Under the pieces are notes generated by a model, which saw only the letters and a program-made list of their open reading frames with translations, had not been told where the DNA came from and ran no database searches. Shown piece after piece: positions 9,919 through 19,986 of a stretch of 64,000 nt of DNA (the first letter of the stretch is position 1; each line of letters opens with the position of its first letter). The DNA comes from Candidatus Latescibacterota bacterium (GTDB lineage: Bacteria > Latescibacterota > UBA2968): NCBI GenBank assembly GCA_965198115.1, contig OZ240241.1, positions 6,400,001 to 6,464,000 on the forward strand, given 5' to 3'. A program made the position numbers and the translations under genes.

Positions 9919-9956
9919 TCTTAACTGCTTAGTACCGAACTAGTACAAAAAGTTCG
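9919..9956 (-). other. Putative attI-like site
   Basis: Gene strand CGAACT-TTTTGTACT-AGTTCG-GTACTAAGCA-GTTAAGAGCCATG. The GTT core resembles the cassette starts but has no attC hairpin; lies ~90-120 bp past the integrase stop. Confidence 0.6.
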
Positions 9957-10042
9957 CGCTCTGATCTCCGTGGCGCAAATGCCGTCGAAAGTGAGGGATC
10001 TGCGAAATGAGTTTCGCGAATGCTCCACTATGGTGATCGGAC

Positions 10043-10711
10043 TTAAGACGAACCGTCGTTCCCGTCCATCAGCTGATCAAGTGGGCTCCGGATCCGACCG
10101 ATATCGCGCTGGCTGACGTGTGTGTAGATCTCGGTCGTTCTGGAGCTTTCGTGGCCCAGGAGTTCCTGGATGTAGCGCAGGTCGGTACCGCCTTCGAGCA
10201 GATGGGTGGCAAACGAGTGACGCAAGGTATGTACGGATACCTGCTTGTCGATGCCCGCCTTCTCCTTGGCCCTCTGGAATACCTTCTGGACGGATCGTTC
10301 GTGGAGGTGCCGGCCATAACGCGCGCCGGGGAATAGCCACGTGCGTGGTCGGTACCGCCGCAGATATTCGCGTAGCGCCCCGAGGGCGAACTCCGAGAGC
10401 ATCGTATAGCGGTCCTTCCTCCGCTTCCCTTGTCGGACGAGGATCATCTTTCTGTCGATATCGATGTCTTCGCAACGCAGTCTGACAACCTCTCCGACCC
10501 GGAGCCCCGCAGAATAGGTGAGCAACACGATCGCTCTGTGTTTGACGTTGTCGATGGACTGAAGGATTCTCAGGGTCTCCTGCTGGCTGAGTACCCTGGG
10601 AAGCTTGTTTTCCTTCCGTGGCCGTGGCAGCCGCTCCAGCCGGTAGTTGCTCCGTAGCGCTCGATGATAGAGAAACTTGATGGCGCTGATACACTGGTTG
10701 ACGTAGGAGTG
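10043..10711 (-). pseudogene. Integron-integrase-like tyrosine recombinase, 5'-truncated
   Basis: Frame reads HSYVNQCISAIKFLY...LPRPRKENKLPRVLS...AGLRVGE...GKRRKDR...HTLRHSFATHLLE...LLGH...IYTHV. Catalytic R-K-H-R-H-Y intact; no start codon and no N-terminal SAM helices upstream of ~10711. Confidence 0.85.
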
Positions 10712-10995
10712 CGGCCAACCAGGGAGCGGGTTGTGGTTCTGTCTGCGCCCCCATATGTACTGAGTTGGGGGCGGCTACTCGGTGGTGGTACCGAGCACCG
10801 AAGTCGGGACTTCGCCGAGAGGGTGAACGATCCCTCGATACAGCGGGACCGACGGGTGCGCATCCAATGAAACGTGCAAGCGAATGCCAAAGACCGCTTA
10901 CTCGGGATGAGCGGAATCGCTGTGCTGTACCCCACCTTCCTTCTGCTTCTCAGGCTGAACCCAAGTCCGTGCTCTGGATGTTTGACAATGGAGAG
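10709..10995 (+). mobile_element. Structured non-coding remnant, possibly an IS110-family right end
   Basis: Five consecutive hairpins, ends in TTGACAATGGAGAG, begins where integrase homology stops. Confidence 0.4.
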
Positions 10996-11037
10996 TGGGT
11001 GCTGTATTGTTTTCCCAACGTTTGAACACTTGTTCAA
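10982..11037 (+). promoter_or_regulatory. Sigma70 promoter with ArsR/SmtB-type operator
   Basis: TTGACA (10982)-17 bp-TATTGT (11005); palindrome TTGAACA-CT-TGTTCAA (11022-11037) resembling SmtB/CzrA TGAACA boxes. Confidence 0.75.
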
Positions 11038-11050
11038 GTGAGGTGTCATC

Positions 11051-11407
11051 GTGTCGATCGACGTATGTGACATTCAGACCGTGGACGAGGCCCGTGTCGA
11101 AAGTGCGAGGCGGTCTTCTCCGTCCGTCACCCAGTATCAGACTCTGGCGGATACCTTTAAAGTTTTGAGCCATTCGACGCGGCTCAAGATTCTACACGCG
11201 CTTTCGCGGGACGAGTTCTGTGTCTGCGATCTGGCAGCGCTACTGGAGACGTCCGTTTCAGCCGTGAGCCACCAGCTGCGAATGATGCGGGCACTTCGTC
11301 TGGTTCGTAGTCGTCGCGAGGGGAAGCTCGTCTACTATGCTTTGGATGACGATCACGTGCGGCAACTTTATGCCGCCGGACTCGATCACGTGATGGAGGA
11401 GTCGTGA
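11051..11407 (+). CDS. ArsR/SmtB/CadC family metalloregulator
   Basis: FKVLSHSTRLKIL, EFCVCDLA, SAVSHQLR, YYALDDDHV. Confidence 0.92.
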   Translation: MSIDVCDIQTVDEARVESARRSSPSVTQYQTLADTFKVLSHSTRLKILHALSRDEFCVCDLAALLETSVSAVSHQLRMMRALRLVRSRREGKLVYYALDDDHVRQLYAAGLDHVMEES

Positions 11408-13548
11408 TGAATCAAGAACTTCATCTCGAGATCGAGGGAATGGACTGCCCCGGTTGTGTGGCGACGGTCGAGCGCGCCCTGACACACGTCCCCGGAGTCG
11501 TTTCGGCGAACGTGGCGCTGGTGACCTCGAGTGCGCGAGTGACGATCGAGCCGGCGTGCGAGGGGCGAGAGGCGCTGGTGTCGGCGGTGCGCGAAGCCGG
11601 CTACGGCGTGGCTGAGGAAGACGATGATGGCCATTGTGATGACGACCATCGCAGGGGTGTGAGGTGGCGAGGTCCTCGGAGCCTGACTGTTGTTTCGGGG
11701 ATTTTCTTCTTTGCGGGACTTGCGGGACAGTGGATCGGACTGGCGTGGGCCGTGGGCCCCTCGACTACGCTCGGGACAGGCTCTTGGCTGTGGGCGGATC
11801 TCTTGCTGCTGGCTGCTGCGACGGTGGGAGCAGTGGGTTTTCTACCTGCGGGGATACGAGCGACATTCCGGTTATCGTTGGATATGAACTTTTTGATGTC
11901 GGCGGCCATTATCGGGGCCGTGTGTATTGGGGAGTATGTCGAAGCGGCGGCGATTGCCTTTCTGTTCTCCCTGGCCGAGCTGCTGGAGGGTTACGCGGTC
12001 GATCGGGCACGACGCTCGATCGAGACGTTGATGTCGGTCGCACCGGATACAGCGACGGTTCAGCGAGATGGGCAGGAGGTTGTCGTGCCGGCCGAGGAGG
12101 TTGTTCCCGGTGATTGCGTGGTCGTTCGGCCCGGGGATCGGCTGGCCGTGGATGGTCGTGTGACGAATGGCGTCTCCGCGGTCGACGAGGCTGCGATCAC
12201 GGGTGAGTCGATGCCGGTGTCGAAGCAAATTGATGACGATGTGTTCGCGGGCACGATCAACCGGGAAGGTTATCTTGAAATCGAAGCGACGCGTCCGGCG
12301 TCCGAGAGTACACTCGCGCGAATCGTTTCGTTAATCGAAGAGGCGGAGAGCAATCGGGCGCCGAGCGAACGGTTCGTTCAACGGTTCTCGAAGATTTACA
12401 CGCCGGCGGTAACGGTCGCCGCGGTTCTGGTGACGGCGATTCCCACGCTGATATTCGGTGGCGACTTCGATTTATGGTTCCTGCGCGGACTGACGTTGCT
12501 GGTGATCGCCTGTCCGTGCGCGCTCGTGATTTCGACGCCGGTTGCGGTGGTGAGTGCGATTACGAGTGCCGCACGCCACGGCGTGTTGATCAAGGGCGGG
12601 TCGTTTCTGGAGGCGCTGGGAAGTACGAAGGTCGTCGCTTTCGACAAGACGGGCACGCTGACACAGGGGGAACCGAAGGTCACGGAGGTTGTCGCTTTCA
12701 ACGGTCGAACACGGGATGAAGTGATGATGGTTTCAGCGGCCCTCGAGCGCCACTCACGCCATCCTGTCGCGGAAGCGATCGTTTCACACGCAGGCGAACA
12801 GGAGCTTCCGGGCGTAGATACGTTCGAGTCGGTGACGGGTCTGGGCGTCCAGGGACGGGTTGGGAATGTCGTGTATAGAGTGGGTCGTGCCGAGATGTTC
12901 GATTTAGAGATTCCCGAACGGTTCGATACCCTTCGCGCAGATTCCCGCACCTCGGTACTCGTAGGGACGGAGTCGGAGATCGTCGGTGCGATCGTTGTGG
13001 AGGATACGGTTCGCCCATCTGCGAGAGAGACAGTCGGGGCACTAAAAGCGTTGGGCATTCGGACGGTGATGCTGACGGGCGACGATCCGGCGACGGCTGA
13101 ACGGATTGCCGAGTCGGTCGGTGTCGACGCGTGGCACGCCGAGCTCATGCCGGAGGACAAAGTGTCGCTTGTCGAGACGCTCGAGCAGGACTACGGTCAG
13201 GTAGCGATGGTCGGGGATGGCGTGAATGACGCTCCAGCCCTCGCTGCCGCGACGGTGGGTATCGCGATGGGGGCCCGCGGGACGGACACGGCGATCGAAA
13301 CTGCGGATGTCGCTTTGATGGGCGACGATCTGACGAAGATGCCGTATCTAATGCGCCTGTCCCGCTCCTCACGGGGCGTGATCCGGCAGAACGTCATTGC
13401 GTCGATTATCGTTAAAGTAGGCCTTGCCATAGGCGTTGTTCCGGGCTTCGTCTCGCTCGTGGTGGCCGTGTTGGCGGGCGATGTGGGGACTTCGTTGGGG
13501 GTGACGACGAATGCTTTGCGGTTGGCCGGGGTAAAACCCAAAGTCTGA
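11404..13548 (+). CDS. cadA: Cd/Zn/Pb-translocating P1B-type ATPase
   Basis: HMA domain GMDCPGC, TGES, CPC, DKTGTLT, HP, GDGVNDAP. Confidence 0.92.
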   Translation: MMNQELHLEIEGMDCPGCVATVERALTHVPGVVSANVALVTSSARVTIEPACEGREALVSAVREAGYGVAEEDDDGHCDDDHRRGVRWRGPRSLTVVSGIFFFAGLAGQWIGLAWAVGPSTTLGTGSWLWADLLLLAAATVGAVGFLPAGIRATFRLSLDMNFLMSAAIIGAVCIGEYVEAAAIAFLFSLAELLEGYAVDRARRSIETLMSVAPDTATVQRDGQEVVVPAEEVVPGDCVVVRPGDRLAVDGRVTNGVSAVDEAAITGESMPVSKQIDDDVFAGTINREGYLEIEATRPASESTLARIVSLIEEAESNRAPSERFVQRFSKIYTPAVTVAAVLVTAIPTLIFGGDFDLWFLRGLTLLVIACPCALVISTPVAVVSAITSAARHGVLIKGGSFLEALGSTKVVAFDKTGTLTQGEPKVTEVVAFNGRTRDEVMMVSAALERHSRHPVAEAIVSHAGEQELPGVDTFESVTGLGVQGRVGNVVYRVGRAEMFDLEIPERFDTLRADSRTSVLVGTESEIVGAIVVEDTVRPSARETVGALKALGIRTVMLTGDDPATAERIAESVGVDAWHAELMPEDKVSLVETLEQDYGQVAMVGDGVNDAPALAAATVGIAMGARGTDTAIETADVALMGDDLTKMPYLMRLSRSSRGVIRQNVIASIIVKVGLAIGVVPGFVSLVVAVLAGDVGTSLGVTTNALRLAGVKPKV

Positions 13549-13572
13549 ACACGAAGACGCGAAGGAAGTAGG

Positions 13573-14328
13573 ATGGATGTTTTGATGAGTATGGCGGGGG
13601 CGGGGTTGGCGGTGTCGTTTCTTCACGCGATTCTGCCGAATCACTGGTTGCCATTCGTGCTGGCTGGACGAGCCCAGCGTTGGTCCGATAGAAAGACGTT
13701 GTCGGTCGTGGTGGTTGCAGGCGGTGGTCACGTTCTGATGACGGCCCTACTCGGTGTTCTGATTGTTTCGCTGGGGATGGCCGTTTCGCATTTTGTGGAG
13801 GAGTGGTCTGCCTTGCTTGCAGGAAGCATTCTGATTGCGTTCGGTCTCTACTATGGCGTTCGCCATTTTCGAGGCAAGGGGCACGGTCATATCCATCTTT
13901 TTGGCACTCATTCGGATGACCACGGCCACGACCAATCTGATTCGGGCGGTGACGAACACGACCATTCGGGTCATGACCACGATCACCATCACGAGGGGCC
14001 AGATCACGGCCACGTGCACCGCCACCGGTTAGATGCCGCGGATGCGGTGCCTGTTTTATCGCTGATTGCGATGCTCACGTTCTCTCCGTGTGAAGGGTTT
14101 CTACCGATCTACCTGACGGCGTGGCCGCACGGGTGGGTGGCGTTTGGGGTGCTGTCGATCGTGCTCGCCATCGGCACACTGGTCGGAATGATCGTGTTCA
14201 CGTGGTTGACGATGCGTGGGTTGGAACGCGTGTCGTTTCCATCGCTGGAGAAGTATGAGGGACTGGTCCTGGCGACCGTTCTCATTCTGTTGGGCGTTGG
14301 GGTGATGGTGATTCACGAACACGCTTGA
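13573..14328 (+). CDS. His-rich Ni/Co transporter-like membrane protein (RcnA/NiCoT-like)
   Basis: LHAILPNHW, His/Asp-rich loop, FSPCE, 6 TM segments. Confidence 0.75.
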   Translation: MDVLMSMAGAGLAVSFLHAILPNHWLPFVLAGRAQRWSDRKTLSVVVVAGGGHVLMTALLGVLIVSLGMAVSHFVEEWSALLAGSILIAFGLYYGVRHFRGKGHGHIHLFGTHSDDHGHDQSDSGGDEHDHSGHDHDHHHEGPDHGHVHRHRLDAADAVPVLSLIAMLTFSPCEGFLPIYLTAWPHGWVAFGVLSIVLAIGTLVGMIVFTWLTMRGLERVSFPSLEKYEGLVLATVLILLGVGVMVIHEHA

Positions 14329-14369
14329 GATTGAGGATCGAGAATTGAAGGGCGAGAGGCGGTCATTGC

Positions 14370-15237
14370 GTGTTTGAGTATAAACCCCTTCCGAAATCGG
14401 ATATCGAACACTTCGATCGGAAGGGGTATCTGATTGTCCGAGGCGTGTTGGATGCGACGACGATCGAGTCTTTGATCGAAGCGGGAGACCGATTACTGGC
14501 GAGCGAACTTCGGACTGGACGTCAGCAGGCAGAGGATGGACTCTACGATGGCTTTCGGAATACGATCGCCTTGGATGACGCGTTTATTCCGTTGATCGAT
14601 AATCCCGGGATCCTGCCGGTCGTTATTCAGCTGTTGGGCGCAAGCCTGCAAGTGATGACTTCCCACCTGATTTACAAGCAACCCGACCCCCCAGGAACAC
14701 CCGATACGCACCGCCGACCGGGATGGCATCGAGACTACGCGATGGCGATGGACGATATGGGCCATCGCGCGATTCCTCGCCTGCTCGTGAAGTGCGCGTA
14801 TTACTTGACGGATTTGAGCGAGCCATCGCGCGGGGCTACGATGGTTACGCCTGGTAGTCATCTGCGTACAGGCAAACCGGAAATCCAGGACGATGCGGCC
14901 GATCCGGAAGGTGCGGTGGAACCACGGCTGAACCCGGGTGACGTTCTGATTTTCGAGAATCGGACCTTCCACGCCGGGGCGATGCACCGTGGACAGGATA
15001 CGTGAAAGGCAATTATGGTCGGCTACGGATACCGGTGGGTGTTACCGATGGACTATCGATCGCAGTCGCCCGAGTTCATTGAGAAGCTGAGCCACTACAC
15101 GTTTTTTGGTGGGTGAGGAATACGAGGATGTGGCGGAGTTCCAGGTGCACGGAGGGCGGAATCCGTTGATGGAATGGTGTGAGGAGCACGGGGTTCCGGC
15201 GGCACGGCATCCTGTGGTGCAGTACATCGAGAATTGA
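14370..15237 (+). pseudogene. PhyH-family dioxygenase with a premature TGA and a frameshift
   Basis: WHRD, PGSH, RTFHAG; TGA at 15003 followed in frame by KAIMVGYGYRW; indel at ~15095. Confidence 0.75.
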
Positions 15238-15463
15238 AGATCGAGATCGAATATTGAAAGACGGGCGAGGCCCTTCGGGATGATGGAGATCCTGGAGGGC
15301 CGTTTCATTGAGGATCGATCCGGCCTTCGCTAACCGCCGCCGCCGAGCTACGGTGCTCAGCAAGATTCAGCGGACAGGAGATCGGAACATCGAGAATTGG
15401 ATTCGGTTAGGGCAATGGCGCGACCTGGCCGTCCTTCGACTCCGCTCAGGATGACCAGACGTG

Positions 15464-16897
15464 TCAGACCAAGCACCAATCGTACATACCAGGGCCGGTG
15501 TGCTGGACCATTTCGCTGATGAGGTGGCGGAGGTGGGTGACTCTTTCGGCTTGGTCAGAAGATTGAGCGAGGTTGGTCATTTCGTCGGGATCCGACTCCA
15601 GGTCGTAGAGCTCGTCGATGTCGGTGCGGTTCCAGTTGAATTTCCACGATCCCTCACGAACCATTACTCGAGCGGCCAGGTCCTCGTGCGCAGTGGAACG
15701 GTCGTTGATGCCGTCACTCGTGGCGACTTCGGAGAAGACAGGTATTGCGTCCGGCTGCTCCCCGTTCTCAATTGCACGAGCAACGCTGCGACCGTCGATC
15801 GGATGTTCGAAGGAGAGACCGCACAACTCGAGCAGGGTGGGCGGGAGGTCGATGCCGCCGAAGGGCGCTGTGACGCGGTGTCCGGCTGGTAACCCTCCCG
15901 GCCAGGTCACGAGACAAGGGACACGGGAGGAGGCTTCGAAGAAATTACGCTTGGTCGTGGTCTGATGGTCCCCCAACATCTCGCCGTGGTCGCTGATGAA
16001 CGCGAGAATGGTGTCTTCGGCGAGTCCTTCACGTTCCGGTCGGCCCACGAGTCGTCCGACTTGTGTGTCGATGTGCGTGACGAGGGCGTAGTAATGGGCG
16101 ACCATTTCCCGAAAGAGGTCTTCGTCGACGTCGTCGGGTAAACGGCCGCTTTCGTTCAGCAGCCAGGCAGGTCTGCCGCTCAAATCGTCCTTGAAGGTGG
16201 AGGACAGTTCGATGTCGTCGATGGGATACTCGTCGACCCACTCCTGCATCACGGCGACGAGCGGATGCGGATCCTTGACGCTCAAGAAGAGGAAGAACGG
16301 GCGATCGTCCTTCGTGTCTAGAAACTCGAGACCTTGTTCGATGGTCCACGTCGTTCGCTGCTGGCGCGGATCTTCGATTGCCGTGTATTGCAGACCACAG
16401 CGCTTGATGTTGGGATGACTGCTTTCATTCTCGTAGATGTTGGTGACGCCCTCACGATCGAAGTAATCGAACAGGATGTCGGGGTGATCACCCTGGTAAC
16501 GATAGACGTGCCAGAATTCCTCGAACCCGTGCTGCGGGATATGGTCGTGGCCGAGGTGCCAGGGGCCGGCGATGCCGCATCGGTAACCATTCGCGTTGAA
16601 GACATCGCCGAGGGTGACGGCATCGGGCCGAATCACGGCCATCTTTTCGGGTTCGAGCCGGGCCGGGCCATAGTTTGCCAGCTGCTGATGAAAGTGCGGA
16701 TAGGTACCGGTGAGCCAGGAAGCACGCGCCGGAGAGCAGACGGGGGATGGGCAATAGGTCGTTTCGAAGACGACACCTCGTTCCGCCAGTCGATCGAGAT
16801 GTGGTGTCTTGACGAGAGGGTGGCCGGCGTAGCCCAAACAGTCGTAGCGTAGCTGGTCGCACATGATAAAGATGACGTTTGGGGAATCGTCAGTCAC
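15464..16897 (-). CDS. Sulfatase (Cys-type formylglycine)
   Basis: PNVIFIMCDQ, CSPARAS, SDHGE, ELYDL. Start moved to GTG at 16897 because the ORF-track start lies inside ISAzo13. Confidence 0.9.
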   Translation of the reverse strand: MTDDSPNVIFIMCDQLRYDCLGYAGHPLVKTPHLDRLAERGVVFETTYCPSPVCSPARASWLTGTYPHFHQQLANYGPARLEPEKMAVIRPDAVTLGDVFNANGYRCGIAGPWHLGHDHIPQHGFEEFWHVYRYQGDHPDILFDYFDREGVTNIYENESSHPNIKRCGLQYTAIEDPRQQRTTWTIEQGLEFLDTKDDRPFFLFLSVKDPHPLVAVMQEWVDEYPIDDIELSSTFKDDLSGRPAWLLNESGRLPDDVDEDLFREMVAHYYALVTHIDTQVGRLVGRPEREGLAEDTILAFISDHGEMLGDHQTTTKRNFFEASSRVPCLVTWPGGLPAGHRVTAPFGGIDLPPTLLELCGLSFEHPIDGRSVARAIENGEQPDAIPVFSEVATSDGINDRSTAHEDLAARVMVREGSWKFNWNRTDIDELYDLESDPDEMTNLAQSSDQAERVTHLRHLISEMVQHTGPGMYDWCLV

Positions 16898-16940
16898 AGG
16901 ATGACCCTCTATGCAGGGTGATGAAGAGTGGAGAGACTTA

Positions 16941-18234
16941 GGGTTTGCCACGAAATAAGTGCTGCACTTTTCAAGGTAATGATCTTACGCTCGGAGTGTG
17001 GACGTCGAAACTCTCCGAACGAAGTATGAAGCCTTGGCTCCGGTGCTGACGGAACGCACGCGTCGTCTGTGGGCCGCCACGGAAGCCGAAGCGTTGGGTC
17101 ACGGTGGGATCGCGATTGTGGCTCTGGCGACAGGAATGTCCAGAGAGCGGATCTTTCGTGGCATTCAGGAGTTGAGGTCGGACGAACCTTTGGACCCGGC
17201 TCGCATCCGGCGTCCAGGCGGCGGTCGTAAGCGGAAGGCCGACACGGACCCGACGCTGTGGCAGGACCTGAATGATCTGGTCGAGCCAACGACTGCGGGG
17301 TCGCCTGACGACAATCCTCTGAGATGGACATCGAAGAGCACTCGCAAACTGGCCGCCGAGTTGCAAGCGATGGGGCATTCGGTGAGCCCCAGGATCGTTG
17401 CCAATCTCCTGCACGAACACGATTACACGCTGCAGGCGAATCGGAAGACAAGGGAGGGATCTGCACACCCGGATCGGGACGCTCAGTTCGTTTACCTCGA
17501 TGATCGGATTAGCCAGCAGCAGCAGCAGGGCCTTCCCGTTATCTCGGTGGACACCAAGAAGAAAGAGTTGATCGGCGACTTCAAGAATCCTGGCCGAGAA
17601 TGGCGACCCAAGGGAGACCCGGAGCATGTGAAGGTACACGATTTCATAGTGCCTGCTCAGGGCAAGGCGATCCCTTATGGAGTGTATGATCTGAGCCGTG
17701 ATGAAGGCTGGGTAAGTGTCGGTATCGATCACGACACGGCCAGCTTCGCCGTGAATGCGATCCGAAGTTGGTGGAAGAACATGGGACGGCCCGCCTACGG
17801 CACTTCGACGCATCTGCTAATCACGGCGGACGCAGGCGGCAGCAACGGCGCCAAGACGCGGCTGTGGAAGTGGGAGCTGCAGCGCTTTGCGAATCGCACT
17901 GGCCTGACGATCACCGTATGCCACTACCCTCCTGGCACTAGTAAGTGGAACAAGATCGAACATCGCCTGTTCTCCTTCATCGCTATGAACTGGCGAGGCA
18001 AGCCCCTGGTCAGCCTGGCTGCAACCGTGAATCTCATTGCCGGAACGACCACTCAAGCCGGTCTCCGAGTACGCTCCGAGATCGACAAGCGACCCTACCC
18101 TAACGGGGTCAAGGTGACCGATGAACAGATGACCCAAATCGATCTCACTCCGCACGATTTCCACGGCGACTGGAACTACACGATCCGGCCAATGGCTCAA
18201 CATTGAGATCGACCGTTTATTTATTCGCGAACCC
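16941..18234 (+). mobile_element. ISAzo13-family insertion sequence
   Basis: IRs GGGTTTGCCACGAAATAA / GGGTTCGCGAATAAATAA, flanked by CTTA|...|TAAG. Confidence 0.85.
16998..18206 (+). CDS. ISAzo13 transposase
   Basis: RRPGGGRK, ISVDTKKKE, ITADAGGSN, GTSKWNKIEHRLFS. Confidence 0.93.
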   Translation: MDVETLRTKYEALAPVLTERTRRLWAATEAEALGHGGIAIVALATGMSRERIFRGIQELRSDEPLDPARIRRPGGGRKRKADTDPTLWQDLNDLVEPTTAGSPDDNPLRWTSKSTRKLAAELQAMGHSVSPRIVANLLHEHDYTLQANRKTREGSAHPDRDAQFVYLDDRISQQQQQGLPVISVDTKKKELIGDFKNPGREWRPKGDPEHVKVHDFIVPAQGKAIPYGVYDLSRDEGWVSVGIDHDTASFAVNAIRSWWKNMGRPAYGTSTHLLITADAGGSNGAKTRLWKWELQRFANRTGLTITVCHYPPGTSKWNKIEHRLFSFIAMNWRGKPLVSLAATVNLIAGTTTQAGLRVRSEIDKRPYPNGVKVTDEQMTQIDLTPHDFHGDWNYTIRPMAQH

Positions 18235-18348
18235 TAAGGTTCACGTCCATTTGCCGAATGATGAAGTAACGCATGGTTGGACAGGTCCTCTTCGAGGTCG
18301 GTCCCCGGACGTTCATCGGTAGCGAAGTGGGCGGATACTACCCGACCC

Positions 18349-19986
18349 TCACCATCCAACGGCGTAGCCCGGGCCGCGGGGGTCCGCTCCACCCACTCGT
18401 GTCCCCGTTAACGGATCCACTCGAATCGTCGACACGCGGCTCATGCCGCCCCCCCACTCGCCCCCATCGACCACGACGTGGCCGCGATCGGACAACTCGC
18501 TTCGGACCTCTGACGGAACACGAGTCTCCACGACCGCTTCACCGGGCAAGGATCCGTGCGGCCAAAAGGAGTTCGGGAAGCTGTGTGATACGACCCGTGG
18601 TGCTTCGATCGCTTCTTGTGGATCCATCCCGAATTCAACGACATTCAGAAACACCTGCGTCATCCCCTGAACCTGGGCGTCCCCGCCGGGGCAGCCGATC
18701 GGCATGATCGGCTGGCCGTCCTTCAGTACCATCGCAGGATTCGGTGTCAAACGAGGTCGCTTGCCCGGTTCCAGGCGGCACGGATGATCCGGATCCAGCC
18801 ACGTCTGCGTGCCACGCGCTGAGATGGAGAACCCGAGCTCCGGAATGATGGGACTGCCGTGGATCCCGTCACTCGGTGTCGCCGAGAAAGCATTTCCCTC
18901 TTCATCAACCACACAGGTGTACGCCGTATCCTCCTCCCACACGGTCAGGACACCACGATCCGATGCGGTCTCCACGGCTAACGGAACCGGGCCTGATTCA
19001 GATCGCGGTTCCAGATGATGTGGCCAGGGGTCGCCGGGGTCCGGCATGTCGGGACACGCGCGCTTCGTGTCGATCGCCGACCGTCTTTCCTCCGCATACT
19101 CTTTTGACAGGAGGCCGGCCATCGGAACCTGCACGAAATCTGGATCGCCGAAGTAATGGTGCCGATCCGAGAAGGTCATCTTCAGTGACTCCAGAAGGAC
19201 GTGCAGATAATCCGCCGAGTTGTGACCGAACCCCTGGAGGTCGAAACCCTCCAGTATGTTCAACACCATTGGTAAGGTCGGTCCCTGGCACCACGGCCCG
19301 CAGCTGAACACGTCATATCCTTTGTAGGTTGTCCTTTCGGGTGGTTCGACGCGTGCGTGGAACTCCTCGAGGTCTTCCATTCGAAGAAACCCGTGCGCCT
19401 GCTCCGAAAAAGCCGCGATCTGTCTCCCGATATCTCCGTGGTAGACGAGGTTCCGGGCCGCTCGCAACCCGGCGCTCCGATCGCTGCCAGCTCCTTTCTC
19501 GGCCTCGATCAAGCGACGGAACGTCTTCGCTAGGACTTCCTCACCCTCGTAGACGGGAGGACGATTCTCGAGCAGATACAACGCCGGCTGCACAACCTGT
19601 TCGAAGGTCATCGTCCCGAAGCGTTCCAGGGCCGTGATCCAGGCATCCGGAGCCGACGGGGTCACCGATCGCAGAATTCCCCCGGGCAGGTCCCCACCCT
19701 CCTGTTCAAGGAAATAGTCGATGCTTGCCGCTTTCGGCCATCGCCCCAGCCCCGCGACCGTCTCAACCGGGCTTCCGGACGCAGGACTGAAGATGATCGG
19801 AGCAACACCCCCGAAGGAAGCCGATTTTGGTTGTACCACGTTGATACAAAGACCCGACGCCACCCCTGCATCGGCGGCGTTTCCTCCCTGCTCCAGAATT
19901 TGAAATCCGCCCATCGTCGCCAGGTAATGTGTGGTGGAGACGACGAAGCGTGTGCCTTCGATTGGAGGACGCAGCGATGTCGGCAT
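18349..19986 (-). CDS. ggt: Gamma-glutamyltransferase family protein
   Basis: GGNAADA, nucleophile Thr in EDTAY, PGKRPRLT, GCPGGD, GADPR; start at MPTSL behind an AGGAG RBS. Confidence 0.88.
   Translation of the reverse strand: MPTSLRPPIEGTRFVVSTTHYLATMGGFQILEQGGNAADAGVASGLCINVVQPKSASFGGVAPIIFSPASGSPVETVAGLGRWPKAASIDYFLEQEGGDLPGGILRSVTPSAPDAWITALERFGTMTFEQVVQPALYLLENRPPVYEGEEVLAKTFRRLIEAEKGAGSDRSAGLRAARNLVYHGDIGRQIAAFSEQAHGFLRMEDLEEFHARVEPPERTTYKGYDVFSCGPWCQGPTLPMVLNILEGFDLQGFGHNSADYLHVLLESLKMTFSDRHHYFGDPDFVQVPMAGLLSKEYAEERRSAIDTKRACPDMPDPGDPWPHHLEPRSESGPVPLAVETASDRGVLTVWEEDTAYTCVVDEEGNAFSATPSDGIHGSPIIPELGFSISARGTQTWLDPDHPCRLEPGKRPRLTPNPAMVLKDGQPIMPIGCPGGDAQVQGMTQVFLNVVEFGMDPQEAIEAPRVVSHSFPNSFWPHGSLPGEAVVETRVPSEVRSELSDRGHVVVDGGEWGGGMSRVSTIRVDPLTGTRVGGADPRGPGYAVGW

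Noticed and set aside
15003-15005. UGA reassignment or readthrough
   Set aside because: Arg (CGA) is expected here, the gene also has an indel, and TGA is a normal stop for many genes in the window
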